A stretch of 64,000 nt of DNA. Source: a virus. The translations under genes were made by a program, and so were the position numbers. The stretch lies in IMG/VR virus record IMGVR_UViG_3300046001_008198, positions 32,001 through 96,000 of that record; one strand, given 5' to 3'. The notes below the pieces were generated by a model. It was not told where the DNA came from and made no database searches. It was given only the letters and a program-made list of their open reading frames with translations. Positions 47,743 to 56,283 of the stretch are shown here, in pieces (the stretch's first letter is position 1; each line of letters begins with the position of its first letter).

Positions 47743-48404
47743 ACAGAGATATATAAATTAGCGAGCGAAGCCAAAATATCTCGAAGAGATTCAATCTAAG
47801 TCAAAGGTTGAGAGTAGTGAAAAACACTTGATTACCGAGCACCAATTAAGGGACAAGACAATCAAGTGTAAACCTAAGCTGAAACTATGAAAACTGAATA
47901 CAATCCAATCTATGTCAGAGGTGAGGATGAGGGTTGATGATAGTAAACAAAACTCCCCGTAGGGAGTTGTTGGGTTTCTGCCGTGGCCCACACGCCTATC
48001 GAGGTTTGTTTCTTGGGAGCTGACTTGACCTCGTAGGTACAGTAACATTCAGCTCTTGCATTCCGACAACATTGTCAGAGAAGATTTGGTTGGAGTTCCC
48101 CTCTCAACCATGTAGTCGCAGTGTTCTCAGTGGTTATGATAGATGAGCTCTGCGCGCACCCTCTATCCTGTCCTCGTTGTGCACCATACCATATCGGTCC
48201 ATCGAGTCAAGGATACTCAATCGGTGGTGAATATGTCGAACCAACAACAACTCACAATATAATCCAATCTAAGTCAAAGGTTGAGCGAAGCGAGAGTGGG
48301 TGTGATGAGCGATGATAGTAAAAGAAAAGTCCCGAAGGACTATATCTTTTCGACTCCCTTGCTTTCTTGTGGTATGAGAACATCCACTCATCAGATTCAT
48401 CAAT

Positions 48405-48596
48405 TCAATTCCAATAGAGGACTCTCACCTCGAGCACATTATCAGGTTCATCATCCAATTCCTTACGGATGAATGCAATCTTCTCCTCCTCTGTAAGGTC
48501 AACGGCATCTCGCCACTTCCTTACAATTTCTAGGAACTTATTCATCTCTTCTTTGTTGCCCATCGGATTAATAAGAAGAGTCCTCCCCACATACAC
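48405..48596 (-). CDS. hypothetical protein
   Basis: 63 aa, plausible helical protein. Confidence 0.45.
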   Translation of the reverse strand: MYVGRTLLINPMGNKEEMNKFLEIVRKWRDAVDLTEEEKIAFIRKELDDEPDNVLEVRVLYWN

Positions 48597-48763
48597 ATAC
48601 TAAGCAGGCATATTTTATAACCCGTCATATTATGTGTTGTGAATACTCCTAAGCAGGAAATAAGTACCATTAGTAACATGAATCCTAGTACTCCATTATT
48701 AAGTGTTATTCTTTTCATAGTTAAAGTATTGTGGGAGAGTATCTCATCTCCCTTGTTAGTTTA

Positions 48764-48973
48764 TTAAAGTTCTTCAAGGCCTTTAAGCGCCTCCTCTGTA
48801 TCAGTTATACACTCCTCACGGATAATGTAGTGACCCATTCTTTCTGCCATGTATTCCCCTTCAGATTGGAAGTCTTCAGGTCCCATCTCTTGACGAGCCT
48901 GTGCATAATCATTGGCTATGTCGCAAGCCATAGAGTTGAACTCTTCAGCGCTTACTATTTCAAAATCTTTCAT
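48764..48973 (-). CDS. small acidic protein, first gene of the leftward block
   Basis: 19 Asp/Glu against 5 Lys/Arg in 69 aa. Confidence 0.6.
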   Translation of the reverse strand: MKDFEIVSAEEFNSMACDIANDYAQARQEMGPEDFQSEGEYMAERMGHYIIREECITDTEEALKGLEEL

Positions 48974-49377
48974 ATCAGTTCAGTTTAAGTTTATAATCAT
49001 GGTAATCCAATCTAAGTCAAAGGTTTAATACAGTAGTATATAATAAGACCATTATACACAGTGAGTGAGCAGTGAGAGTCTGACGAGCGAAGCGAGTCCA
49101 AGTGTTGAGTGTGAGTGAGTGAGAGGTGAGACATTCATTCTCAGGAGAGATCATCAACAACCCCTCCCCCCTCTGGTTTTTTTTCTTGAATAATTAGCTG
49201 AATATTTCCAAGCTCCTGTGGTCAATGGGGGGTGGACCCCTCTTGCTTCAATGGGTGGGGTGGTTTATGTAAGGACCATCATCACATCATTATACATTAT
49301 TTTTATCAATTCCGCATGACCCTCAACACACCCTTACATAATATTTCACCCAATTCCGCGAGAATTAAATTTTTATG

Positions 49378-49385
49378 TATCTTTG
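49378..49385 (+). promoter_or_regulatory. Bacteroidota-type -7 promoter box
   Basis: TATCTTTG, 25 nt before the first rightward ATG (49411). Confidence 0.55.
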
Positions 49386-49410
49386 GTGGACCAACCAATA
49401 AATTTGAATT

Positions 49411-49629
49411 ATGGCTTTGACCACACTTACAAAGAAAGTTCTCAATTTCTCAGAGATTCCCAATTCAGTTAAAAAAGATCACTGGTTAACGCTCATTGAT
49501 AATATTGAATTGAAGGAAGTTCATATCGAAAACGATCCGCAGGATAAAGACCCCGTTGTTAATTGGATCAATACGATTTATCCTGAGTTACAAGATGAAG
49601 ACTCGTTCTATATTAATTTGAAAGCCTAA
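49411..49629 (+). CDS. hypothetical protein
   Basis: First gene of the rightward block. Confidence 0.6.
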   Translation: MALTTLTKKVLNFSEIPNSVKKDHWLTLIDNIELKEVHIENDPQDKDPVVNWINTIYPELQDEDSFYINLKA

Positions 49630-49633
49630 AGTT

Positions 49634-49864
49634 ATGAGCAAGAAAAAGGATGATAAAGAGGAAACTCGACCTTTGTTTATTATTGAAGCTGCAGATGACT
49701 TGAATGATAAGGATTATAATGCAGTTAAAGTTTATGTGTCAGATGATATTCCGAAAGCTGTATTGGCTGGAATTCTAAATAGTATTTCACAGATGTTACT
49801 TCAGGAAAGTGAAGCTGAAAAGAAACCAGGAATGAAAATGATTAAACCACAAGGAGATGCCTGA
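49634..49864 (+). CDS. hypothetical protein
   Basis: Tiles with neighbours. Confidence 0.6.
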   Translation: MSKKKDDKEETRPLFIIEAADDLNDKDYNAVKVYVSDDIPKAVLAGILNSISQMLLQESEAEKKPGMKMIKPQGDA

Positions 49865-50078
49865 TAAACATTGTTTTACTTCGCGGAGATTAAACGCGAT
49901 TAGCAAGGTTAGACATAAACTGAACGTCTCTCTTCCTGGATCTGGATCCTATAATCATTCCGATATTAAAGTTATGTTAGAATATATTGAGGAATTGGAG
50001 GCCAAGAATATAGATCATGTGAATGTTCGCAAGGACTTGAGTAAACGTATTGATAATCTTATTAAAAAATATAGCTGA
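49857..50078 (+). CDS. hypothetical protein
   Basis: Tiles with neighbours. Confidence 0.55.
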   Translation: MPDKHCFTSRRLNAISKVRHKLNVSLPGSGSYNHSDIKVMLEYIEELEAKNIDHVNVRKDLSKRIDNLIKKYS

Positions 50079-50530
50079 TGGTAACTGTTGGTGGTACTGC
50101 TGCAGAGGTGAAGATTTCTTTTGATGGAAATCAGGCATACGAATATCTCTATAAATATGTTGAGGATAATTTATTTCAATTGTTTGATGATCACAAAGGA
50201 ATAATAAATGATGTTGCATGGATGAGAGGAAAGGATCCTAATTTGTGTCTGGCATTATTTGATTGGAAGTACTTGGATCACTTACGAATGAATATTTATG
50301 ATCGTGGTCTTGGTGAGTTTATCCAGAATATGTCATTCTTTGGTGAATCACTTGTCTGGTGTAGATTGGATAAATCGTATAGACTTGGAACGCAAGTTGG
50401 TGAAATCAAAGATAAAGGAACGCTGCGGTTTATCATTGGTGTTCGTATGTACCCTGATTCACTTCCTAAGATATTCTTTGATGTCATGTCTATGTCACAC
50501 CTATCCACCGGATACACAGAAAAAGTCTAA
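50078..50530 (+). CDS. hypothetical protein
   Basis: TGATG overlap with the upstream gene. Confidence 0.6.
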   Translation: MVTVGGTAAEVKISFDGNQAYEYLYKYVEDNLFQLFDDHKGIINDVAWMRGKDPNLCLALFDWKYLDHLRMNIYDRGLGEFIQNMSFFGESLVWCRLDKSYRLGTQVGEIKDKGTLRFIIGVRMYPDSLPKIFFDVMSMSHLSTGYTEKV

Positions 50531-50532
50531 GT

Positions 50533-51012
50533 ATGCCATACGGAGTTTTAAGTAGTATTTCATTGGAGCCGTATTCACCAAACGATATGATTGTTTGTTC
50601 TGGATATTCGGCGCAGGAATTACATGATTGGCTACAGGATGTTTATGTAGGCGATTGGTATGGATCCGATATTATTCCAACTCTGGGCGCTATCAAAAAA
50701 CACGCTATAGCCAAACAAAATATTCTCACTATGATTCGTGAGCAAGAATCAAGCATCGATGCTTTGAATAATGAAGCTGCTGCAGTAGGTGGATGTTTGT
50801 TCTACGATAAAGAAAAAAACATTTACTTAATGGTCCTACGTGCAGGATTCAATCCATACTCACCGGAAGATATGATCAATACAGCCCATGAAGTTCTACA
50901 CATGTGTCAGGTGTTCCTACCCACATATTTTGACCGAACCTTGGAAATGGAAAACGAAGCTTACTTCCACAGTAATATGATGCGCCAGATCTATAAAAAA
51001 TTTATCTCTTAA
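50533..51012 (+). CDS. putative zincin-like protein
   Basis: AHEVLH followed by E.EAY. Confidence 0.5.
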   Translation: MPYGVLSSISLEPYSPNDMIVCSGYSAQELHDWLQDVYVGDWYGSDIIPTLGAIKKHAIAKQNILTMIREQESSIDALNNEAAAVGGCLFYDKEKNIYLMVLRAGFNPYSPEDMINTAHEVLHMCQVFLPTYFDRTLEMENEAYFHSNMMRQIYKKFIS

Positions 51013-51072
51013 TATGTAATATAGAGAAAAAGATTTAAGTATTTAATTCTCAATAAGTTACACGATTTCTCT

Positions 51073-51127
51073 GCACCCCTTTCGGTGCAAAAAAGCACCT
51101 TTTATGGAATAATTGCACCTTTTATGG
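51073..51127 (+). repeat. three direct repeats GCACC(T/C)TTT..GG spaced 20-22 bp
   Basis: GCACCCCTTTCGG at 51073, GCACCTTTTATGG at 51095 and 51115. Confidence 0.75.
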
Positions 51128-51148
51128 TGTAGATATGAAATTAATTTA

Positions 51149-51156
51149 TATCTTTG
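51149..51156 (+). promoter_or_regulatory. Bacteroidota-type -7 promoter box
   Basis: TATCTTTG upstream of 51210. Confidence 0.55.
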
Positions 51157-51209
51157 TTTTACCAACCAATGATTAGAACCTGCGGGTTCCGAGTCAGTAA
51201 AATAAAAAT

Positions 51210-51395
51210 ATGAAAAGAATTTTTAATCTTGAGGAAGCCGAAGCCTGGTTTCTTACAAACTCCACAGGATCTGTAATCTGTGTAAATGAGAAAGGTAGTG
51301 AGCTACCATGTTCGTCATACATCGATGCAAAGGTGTTCTTCACGCAACCGGAAGATATGCCAAGTCACCAAATTCTTAAAGAAGGGCTTAATTAA
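51210..51395 (+). CDS. hypothetical protein
   Basis: TAATG overlap with the next gene. Confidence 0.6.
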   Translation: MKRIFNLEEAEAWFLTNSTGSVICVNEKGSELPCSSYIDAKVFFTQPEDMPSHQILKEGLN

Positions 51396-51913
51396 TGACT
51401 TCTATCGCAAGGAAAATTCCAGTCGTTACTAAAGTGGATGTGGAAAAGTATGTCAATAAAGAAACGGGCGAAGTAATGCAATCGGAAATGGGAATGGGAA
51501 TGGGAAAAGTTCATGTTGTTGGACAGAGTGAAAGTGTACTTATCAGCAGTGATGAATACATTATCATCGATAGTCAAGCAATTGAATATGTCGGAAAGGA
51601 GTTTGCTCCAATGGATGTAGGTCGAATTATGAAGATGGCTAATATGACTTATGGGCCATACAACATAATCCACAAAAATGGAGCTCCTTGTACGGATGAT
51701 CAATTGATGCAGGAATTGAATTACAGCCGAAATAAATATGCAGACTTCATGAAACGCTTGTATCGCAAGTCTGTTATCTATTACATGTCTGGAGTATTCG
51801 AAGGAAAAGAGGCAAAGTACATTCTCCTGAATCCTCACTTAGCACGCAAAAGAAAAACAGTTCATGTGGATGTATTGAGTGTATTTGATAATATCAGCAA
51901 AAGAGGATTATGA
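51395..51913 (+). CDS. RepL-like winged-helix protein (tentative)
   Basis: VNKETGEV, HTH-like EL..SR.K...M..L, YILLNPH..RK. Confidence 0.5.
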   Translation: MTSIARKIPVVTKVDVEKYVNKETGEVMQSEMGMGMGKVHVVGQSESVLISSDEYIIIDSQAIEYVGKEFAPMDVGRIMKMANMTYGPYNIIHKNGAPCTDDQLMQELNYSRNKYADFMKRLYRKSVIYYMSGVFEGKEAKYILLNPHLARKRKTVHVDVLSVFDNISKRGL

Positions 51914-52018
51914 AGTTATTTGTAAAAATTTGGGCTTGGGTATCATTTATTATTTCGGTAATCATACTCTTGTACATTACGCAGATGTGCGGATCTGGTG
52001 AATCATTAATACACAACT

Positions 52019-52396
52019 ATGCCCCGTAAGAAGAAAAAAGCATCAGAGGGTTTGTTCGCACAACTTGGTGGAGTGAATACAGCAATCTATAAACCATTAA
52101 CTACGGATAAGTTGGTTAATTCTTTAGAAGGTTTTTTTGGAAAAGTACCCGAATCACGTTCTAATAGACAGCTTGTTCTTCAAACTGGTTCTGCGGGAAT
52201 GGAAATGTTTAATGAGATAATGAAAAAAGATGCTGAAAGAAAAGCGCTTTTATCTAAACTGGATGAACTTCATTACTCAGATCAGATTACAAGAAAAGAG
52301 TATTCTACAGTGAGAACCCATTTAGAACAAGATGATGAAAATTATGAATTTGGTAAAAAATTATTAGATGCAGTGGTACAGAAACTTAGTTGTTAA
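52019..52396 (+). CDS. hypothetical protein
   Basis: On the coding strand. Confidence 0.55.
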   Translation: MPRKKKKASEGLFAQLGGVNTAIYKPLTTDKLVNSLEGFFGKVPESRSNRQLVLQTGSAGMEMFNEIMKKDAERKALLSKLDELHYSDQITRKEYSTVRTHLEQDDENYEFGKKLLDAVVQKLSC

Positions 52397-53033
52397 AAGG
52401 CAACACATATATGAATTTCAGCATGGAGATCTAATTAGTGCTGATTTCACACATAATAATTTTATGGTAGGGAGTAGAGTTGGTCCTAACCATTTAATAC
52501 AAATGGTTACAACCAATCCAGCCGAAGATTCAAAACACGGAGGTGATTGGTTTGAAGATTTATTAGGAATGGGGCCAGTGTTTACAAGACATGCAAGTGT
52601 TTATATTCCGGCGCATGCAGACAATGTTAATCATCTTTTAAAAATAAAAGAGAAAGGAAAGTTTGATTTTATTAGTGATTCTGTAATTGAAGGCCTACAG
52701 CGATTATGTACATCTCATGAAGATAGCGAGAATATTAAAATGCTTGTTAAAATGATTCGTGTGGAAATGAGAAAACTTCCTATAGTAAAAGGGTGTATAT
52801 ACCGATATGATCCTAATATCAAAGAGCCTACATCAGATTCTTATTATCGAGTAATAGCTGTAGATGTAGTTAAAGGAAATATATTTGGAGGGGTTGTTAC
52901 AACTAAAGGAGTCGAATGTAAAGCAGATTTAGTTTTAGGAGATTATCGAAGTTTTACTGCTAAGGATTTTCTTCCAAATTCACTATCCGAATATTATAAT
53001 TTGATGAAAGATGAGAGCGGAAAAAATATTTAA
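52368..53033 (+). CDS. hypothetical protein
   Basis: On the coding strand. Confidence 0.6.
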   Translation: MQWYRNLVVKRQHIYEFQHGDLISADFTHNNFMVGSRVGPNHLIQMVTTNPAEDSKHGGDWFEDLLGMGPVFTRHASVYIPAHADNVNHLLKIKEKGKFDFISDSVIEGLQRLCTSHEDSENIKMLVKMIRVEMRKLPIVKGCIYRYDPNIKEPTSDSYYRVIAVDVVKGNIFGGVVTTKGVECKADLVLGDYRSFTAKDFLPNSLSEYYNLMKDESGKNI

Positions 53034-53137
53034 CGGGGTAATGGTGGTAGTATATGGAGTACTGATACTATTATTAATAATGAAAAGTTTGGGTTGTGAA
53101 AAAGAATCACAGTCAAAATCTAATCTAAAAAACACAT

Positions 53138-53386
53138 ATGGAGAAAGAAGTAGGTAAATTGTATGTAAGTGGAAAAACTGTAATCCTTTGTACAGGATCC
53201 GGAACATCTGAAAGAACTTTTTCAGGAGTAGTCGTAAAGCAAAAAGATCCAACAAGCTACCATCAGGTTGGTGATCATAGCAACAGTTGGACCACGAGTG
53301 TATTCGATAGAGAATACGAAGATCATGTTGTACTTGATAACACACGTTGGAAAGAAAGAGTAGAAATGGGGCATAGTCCTGGTTAA
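53138..53386 (+). CDS. hypothetical protein
   Basis: VILCTG..FSGVVVK..VG..S..W pattern. Confidence 0.6.
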   Translation: MEKEVGKLYVSGKTVILCTGSGTSERTFSGVVVKQKDPTSYHQVGDHSNSWTTSVFDREYEDHVVLDNTRWKERVEMGHSPG

Positions 53387-53397
53387 TTTAAATTATA

Positions 53398-53649
53398 ATG
53401 AAAGAAGAAAATCAGCCACCGTTACCAGAACCAACTCTGGGTGAAATATTAGCAGATGTTATGATTGGTCCTCTACAGGAAGGTCATAATCCAAAAGTTG
53501 CAGAAGCTCGATTGTTAGCGGCTCGCTTGATCGATATGATGGCTGCCGACAATATGAGTATAGCAAAAGAAAAAATATCAGATGCCGCTGTCATAAGCAT
53601 ATTAGCATCACTTAGTTTAGTTGAGAAATCTTTAACCTTTAAATTTTAA
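53398..53649 (+). CDS. small helical protein, possible distant Acb2/Tad1-hairpin-like
   Basis: TLGE..NP.V...A.LID..KSLT pattern; weak. Confidence 0.35.
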   Translation: MKEENQPPLPEPTLGEILADVMIGPLQEGHNPKVAEARLLAARLIDMMAADNMSIAKEKISDAAVISILASLSLVEKSLTFKF

Positions 53650-53653
53650 TTTT

Positions 53654-54127
53654 ATGAACAACTGGTTTACAGTAAAAGTCCGATACACGAAGCAATTGGA
53701 CAACGGGCAATTTAAAAGAGTAAGTGAGCCTTATCTTATTGCAGCAATGAGTTTTACGGATGCAGAAGCTAGAGCTTTTGAAGAAGTAGGTGAATTAGTA
53801 CGTGGAGAATTCAACGTGGTGTCAATCACCAGAACTGAAATACATGACATCTTTTCACATGGAGATTCGGATGTTTGGTACAAAGCAAAAGTTACTTACG
53901 ATTCAGTTACGGATGATGAGAAATCTAAAAAGGTGGTTCAACACATGTTGGTATCGGCTCATTCTGTAACAGATGCTGAGTCTCGTATCAAGGAAAGTTT
54001 AAGCACAATGCTTGTAGACTTTGAAGTTCCTTCGGTAAGTATTTCGGCAATCGTAGAAATCTTCCCATACAAAGAAGATTTAGATCGCGAAATAAGTCGA
54101 ACAGCACCTACAGCTGCAGCAGAATAA
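53654..54127 (+). CDS. DUF4494 family protein
   Basis: WF.VKVRY.K..NG..K.VSEPYL..A.SFT.AE.R; WYKAKV..D....KK. Confidence 0.8.
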   Translation: MNNWFTVKVRYTKQLDNGQFKRVSEPYLIAAMSFTDAEARAFEEVGELVRGEFNVVSITRTEIHDIFSHGDSDVWYKAKVTYDSVTDDEKSKKVVQHMLVSAHSVTDAESRIKESLSTMLVDFEVPSVSISAIVEIFPYKEDLDREISRTAPTAAAE

Positions 54128-54140
54128 TTTGTATTTTTAT

Positions 54141-54165
54141 AGGGTGGTTTTCGGATCACCCTTTT
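54141..54165 (+). terminator. intrinsic terminator
   Basis: AGGGTGGT-TTTCGG-ATCACCCT followed by T-tract. Confidence 0.65.
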
Positions 54166-54176
54166 AATTTTAAATT

Positions 54177-54629
54177 ATGTGGATCTACCAGAATAAAGAA
54201 TTTACTCAGGATGATATTCCTGATACCGCTTACGGATTTGTTTACTTGATGACAGCCACAATTGATGGAAAGCATGTAGGGTATATTGGAAAGAAATCTT
54301 TCTATTTAAATACAAAGCAGAATATTGGAATCAAGGAAAAGGCCGCACTGAAAGCTGCAAATCCACACAGTAAGAAAACAAAAAAGATTGTAACAAAGCT
54401 TGCATACCAAAATTACTTTTCGAGTAATAAGACTTTACTTGATGCACAGAAAGCAGGAATCCCAATTAAGAGAATGATTCTGGAAATCTGTAATAGCAAC
54501 AGAGAGTTGAGTTACAAAGAAGTAAAGTACCAATTCAAATGTGATGTATTGGAAAGCGATGTTTATTTAAATGATAATATTTTAGGAAAATTTTATAAGT
54601 ATGGGATTAATAGTATCAGTAGAAAGTGA
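54177..54629 (+). CDS. GIY-YIG superfamily nuclease
   Basis: GFVYLM..YIGKK..YFSSN..R.IL..C..Y.E.K.Q..YLNDNI. Confidence 0.7.
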   Translation: MWIYQNKEFTQDDIPDTAYGFVYLMTATIDGKHVGYIGKKSFYLNTKQNIGIKEKAALKAANPHSKKTKKIVTKLAYQNYFSSNKTLLDAQKAGIPIKRMILEICNSNRELSYKEVKYQFKCDVLESDVYLNDNILGKFYKYGINSISRK

Positions 54630-55389
54630 TAATCAGAGAACCAAGAGTGTTATAAATGGGAAAAAAGCTGTTATCATAGAATCACAAAGAGATATACCTG
54701 AATGGTATGATTTTAGAGGAATGACTTGTTTTATATGGGAACCAAATTCAATAAAGGATCAAATAAATACAGCCTCGTCAACTGCTGTTTGCACAATAAT
54801 TCAAAATAATGAACATATCTGGACAGGTCTTGTTCCACATAATCATTTAAAGTGCTCTCGCTGGTCAAGTTTAGAAATATGGACAGATGAGTTAGTATCA
54901 AATTCAAATAGTGATATTGTAAAATGGTTACTTGAAAACAATAAACCTTTTTCAGAAGGAATACAAACCAAGTATGGTATGATGTTCATGAGTACGGCAG
55001 ATAGTAAAAAGTTTCAAAAAGAATGGGCTAGTGGCACATGGGCTAAATTAGATAAAGGTTCAGATTTTGATATTGAAAAAGCATCTGAAAATGTATTACT
55101 TTTGGACATGGAGGCTACTTTTGAGAAATGTCTACATATTGCCATTGCCAAGAATAGTGATTATGGTGGTAGCAAACAGAGCCCTTACAATAATTTCCTG
55201 AATGCTAAAGCTGTAGGAGTTACTGTAGAAAGAGGAATCTTAGTTCGAATGATGGATAAGATGTCAAGAATATCAACATTGCTTGACAAGGATCCAAAAG
55301 TAGTTGGTGAAGGAATAGAAGATACACTGGATGATTTAATAAATTATACAGCTATTTTAAAATCATATATTAACCAAAACAAAAAATAG
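54601..55389 (+). CDS. protein with C-terminal nucleotide-modification-associated domain 1 (DUF1599-like)
   Basis: KNSDYG..F..VRMMDKMSRI..E...DTLDDLINY..IL. Confidence 0.7.
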   Translation: MGLIVSVESDNQRTKSVINGKKAVIIESQRDIPEWYDFRGMTCFIWEPNSIKDQINTASSTAVCTIIQNNEHIWTGLVPHNHLKCSRWSSLEIWTDELVSNSNSDIVKWLLENNKPFSEGIQTKYGMMFMSTADSKKFQKEWASGTWAKLDKGSDFDIEKASENVLLLDMEATFEKCLHIAIAKNSDYGGSKQSPYNNFLNAKAVGVTVERGILVRMMDKMSRISTLLDKDPKVVGEGIEDTLDDLINYTAILKSYINQNKK

Positions 55390-55394
55390 TTAAG

Positions 55395-55799
55395 ATGTTT
55401 ACATGGTCTGATAGACATATAGGTATTGAGGAATCTGTTGGAATATGGATAACCGACCATGAACGAAGTATGTGGAAAACACTGGCGAGTGATTTTGAAC
55501 ATAATTTGGTATTTGGTGTAGATCCGGCAATCGGAAAGAGTAATGGATTGTGGGAACAAATACATGTTGGTGTGAAACATCCTTATATAAAAAGTCCACT
55601 TGAGTCCTTTAGAATGGATGTAATGGATTTCGGAGATCCACTTGAAGCTGTGTATAAACAAAAAAAAGTATTACTTTTGGAAATCACAATTAATAATTAT
55701 AATCAATATGAGCAAAACCAACCAACAATCCCAGTTAGCTTCATCAGACAAGCTCTTTCCAAAGTTTCAGGAAATTACTGGAAGAAAGCTTTTAATTAA
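55395..55799 (+). CDS. hypothetical protein
   Basis: 3' end overlaps the GroES-like gene; boundaries uncertain. Confidence 0.4.
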   Translation: MFTWSDRHIGIEESVGIWITDHERSMWKTLASDFEHNLVFGVDPAIGKSNGLWEQIHVGVKHPYIKSPLESFRMDVMDFGDPLEAVYKQKKVLLLEITINNYNQYEQNQPTIPVSFIRQALSKVSGNYWKKAFN

Positions 55800-56064
55800 A
55801 AAACCTGTTCTCGAAAGTAAATCAGGATTGATACTGAAGAATAAGGAAGAAAGTATGACTTCCACAGATCTTAACAAATTATACCTTAGGGTAAAAGTAT
55901 TAGCCGTTGGAGCAGCTGTGGAAAATCCACTCCTAATTCCAGGTGCTGAAATATTCGTTGACACTACCGGTTTACGCATGGCAGAGCTTATTATGATAAC
56001 TGAAGGTAAAGAAGATGTAATTTATATGCTCATTCATGAGAATAATGCCGCAATTATTTGGTAA
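55708..56064 (+). CDS. GroES-like co-chaperonin
   Basis: GRKLLIK, mobile loop ESKSGLIL, KVLAVG..V, PG..IFV. Confidence 0.65.
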   Translation: MSKTNQQSQLASSDKLFPKFQEITGRKLLIKKPVLESKSGLILKNKEESMTSTDLNKLYLRVKVLAVGAAVENPLLIPGAEIFVDTTGLRMAELIMITEGKEDVIYMLIHENNAAIIW

Positions 56065-56116
56065 CTTTGTATGGGTTTGTAATACATGAGTTTTAATACT
56101 CTTAAATAATTAGGAA

Positions 56117-56145
56117 AGTCCTTGGAATTGTTCAAGGGCTTTTTT
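56117..56145 (+). terminator. intrinsic terminator
   Basis: AGTCCTTG-loop-CAAGGGCT followed by T-tract. Confidence 0.65.
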
Positions 56146-56283
56146 ATTTTAGCATATTCTTTTTCAGTGAACAGTGGTTAGGTTAGGTAAAGACCTCTGA
56201 GAATAATTCTTAGAGGTTTTGTTTTTAATAAAAAAATGCTTATATTATTAAGTATACATAAATTACAATTAATAATATAAGCC

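Larger units (their letters stand above)
10250..48321 (-). repeat. strand-polarised motif TTTACTATCAT(C), 16 exact copies of the 10-mer core
   Basis: ATGATAGTAA on + at 10250, 28641, 34261, 36152, 37834, 40039, 41266, 42645, 43592, 44303, 44981, 46578, 46839, 47046, 47937, 48312. Confidence 0.9.
47792..49025. repeat. dispersed direct repeat CAATCTAAGTCAAAGGTT (4 copies)
   Basis: Exact at 47792, 48265 and 49008; 3-mismatch copy at 47906. Confidence 0.85.

Noticed and set aside
46428-48472. Short ORFs 46428-46667, 46721-47008, 46782-47039, 47791-48048, 48121-48315, 48281-48472
   Set aside because: They overlap repeats, terminators or a better ORF, have atypical composition and show no protein-like motifs
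47792-49025. Possible CRISPR mini-array from the 18-bp repeats
   Set aside because: Spacing is irregular (114, 359 and 743 bp start to start), the repeats are short and non-palindromic, and there are no cas genes; the PD-(D/E)XK proteins lack an evident Cas4 Cys cluster
26218-55010. Partial motif matches CAGATAGTAAA at ~26216 and ~54998
   Set aside because: They lack the ATG part of the core, lie deep in coding sequence and are compatible with chance
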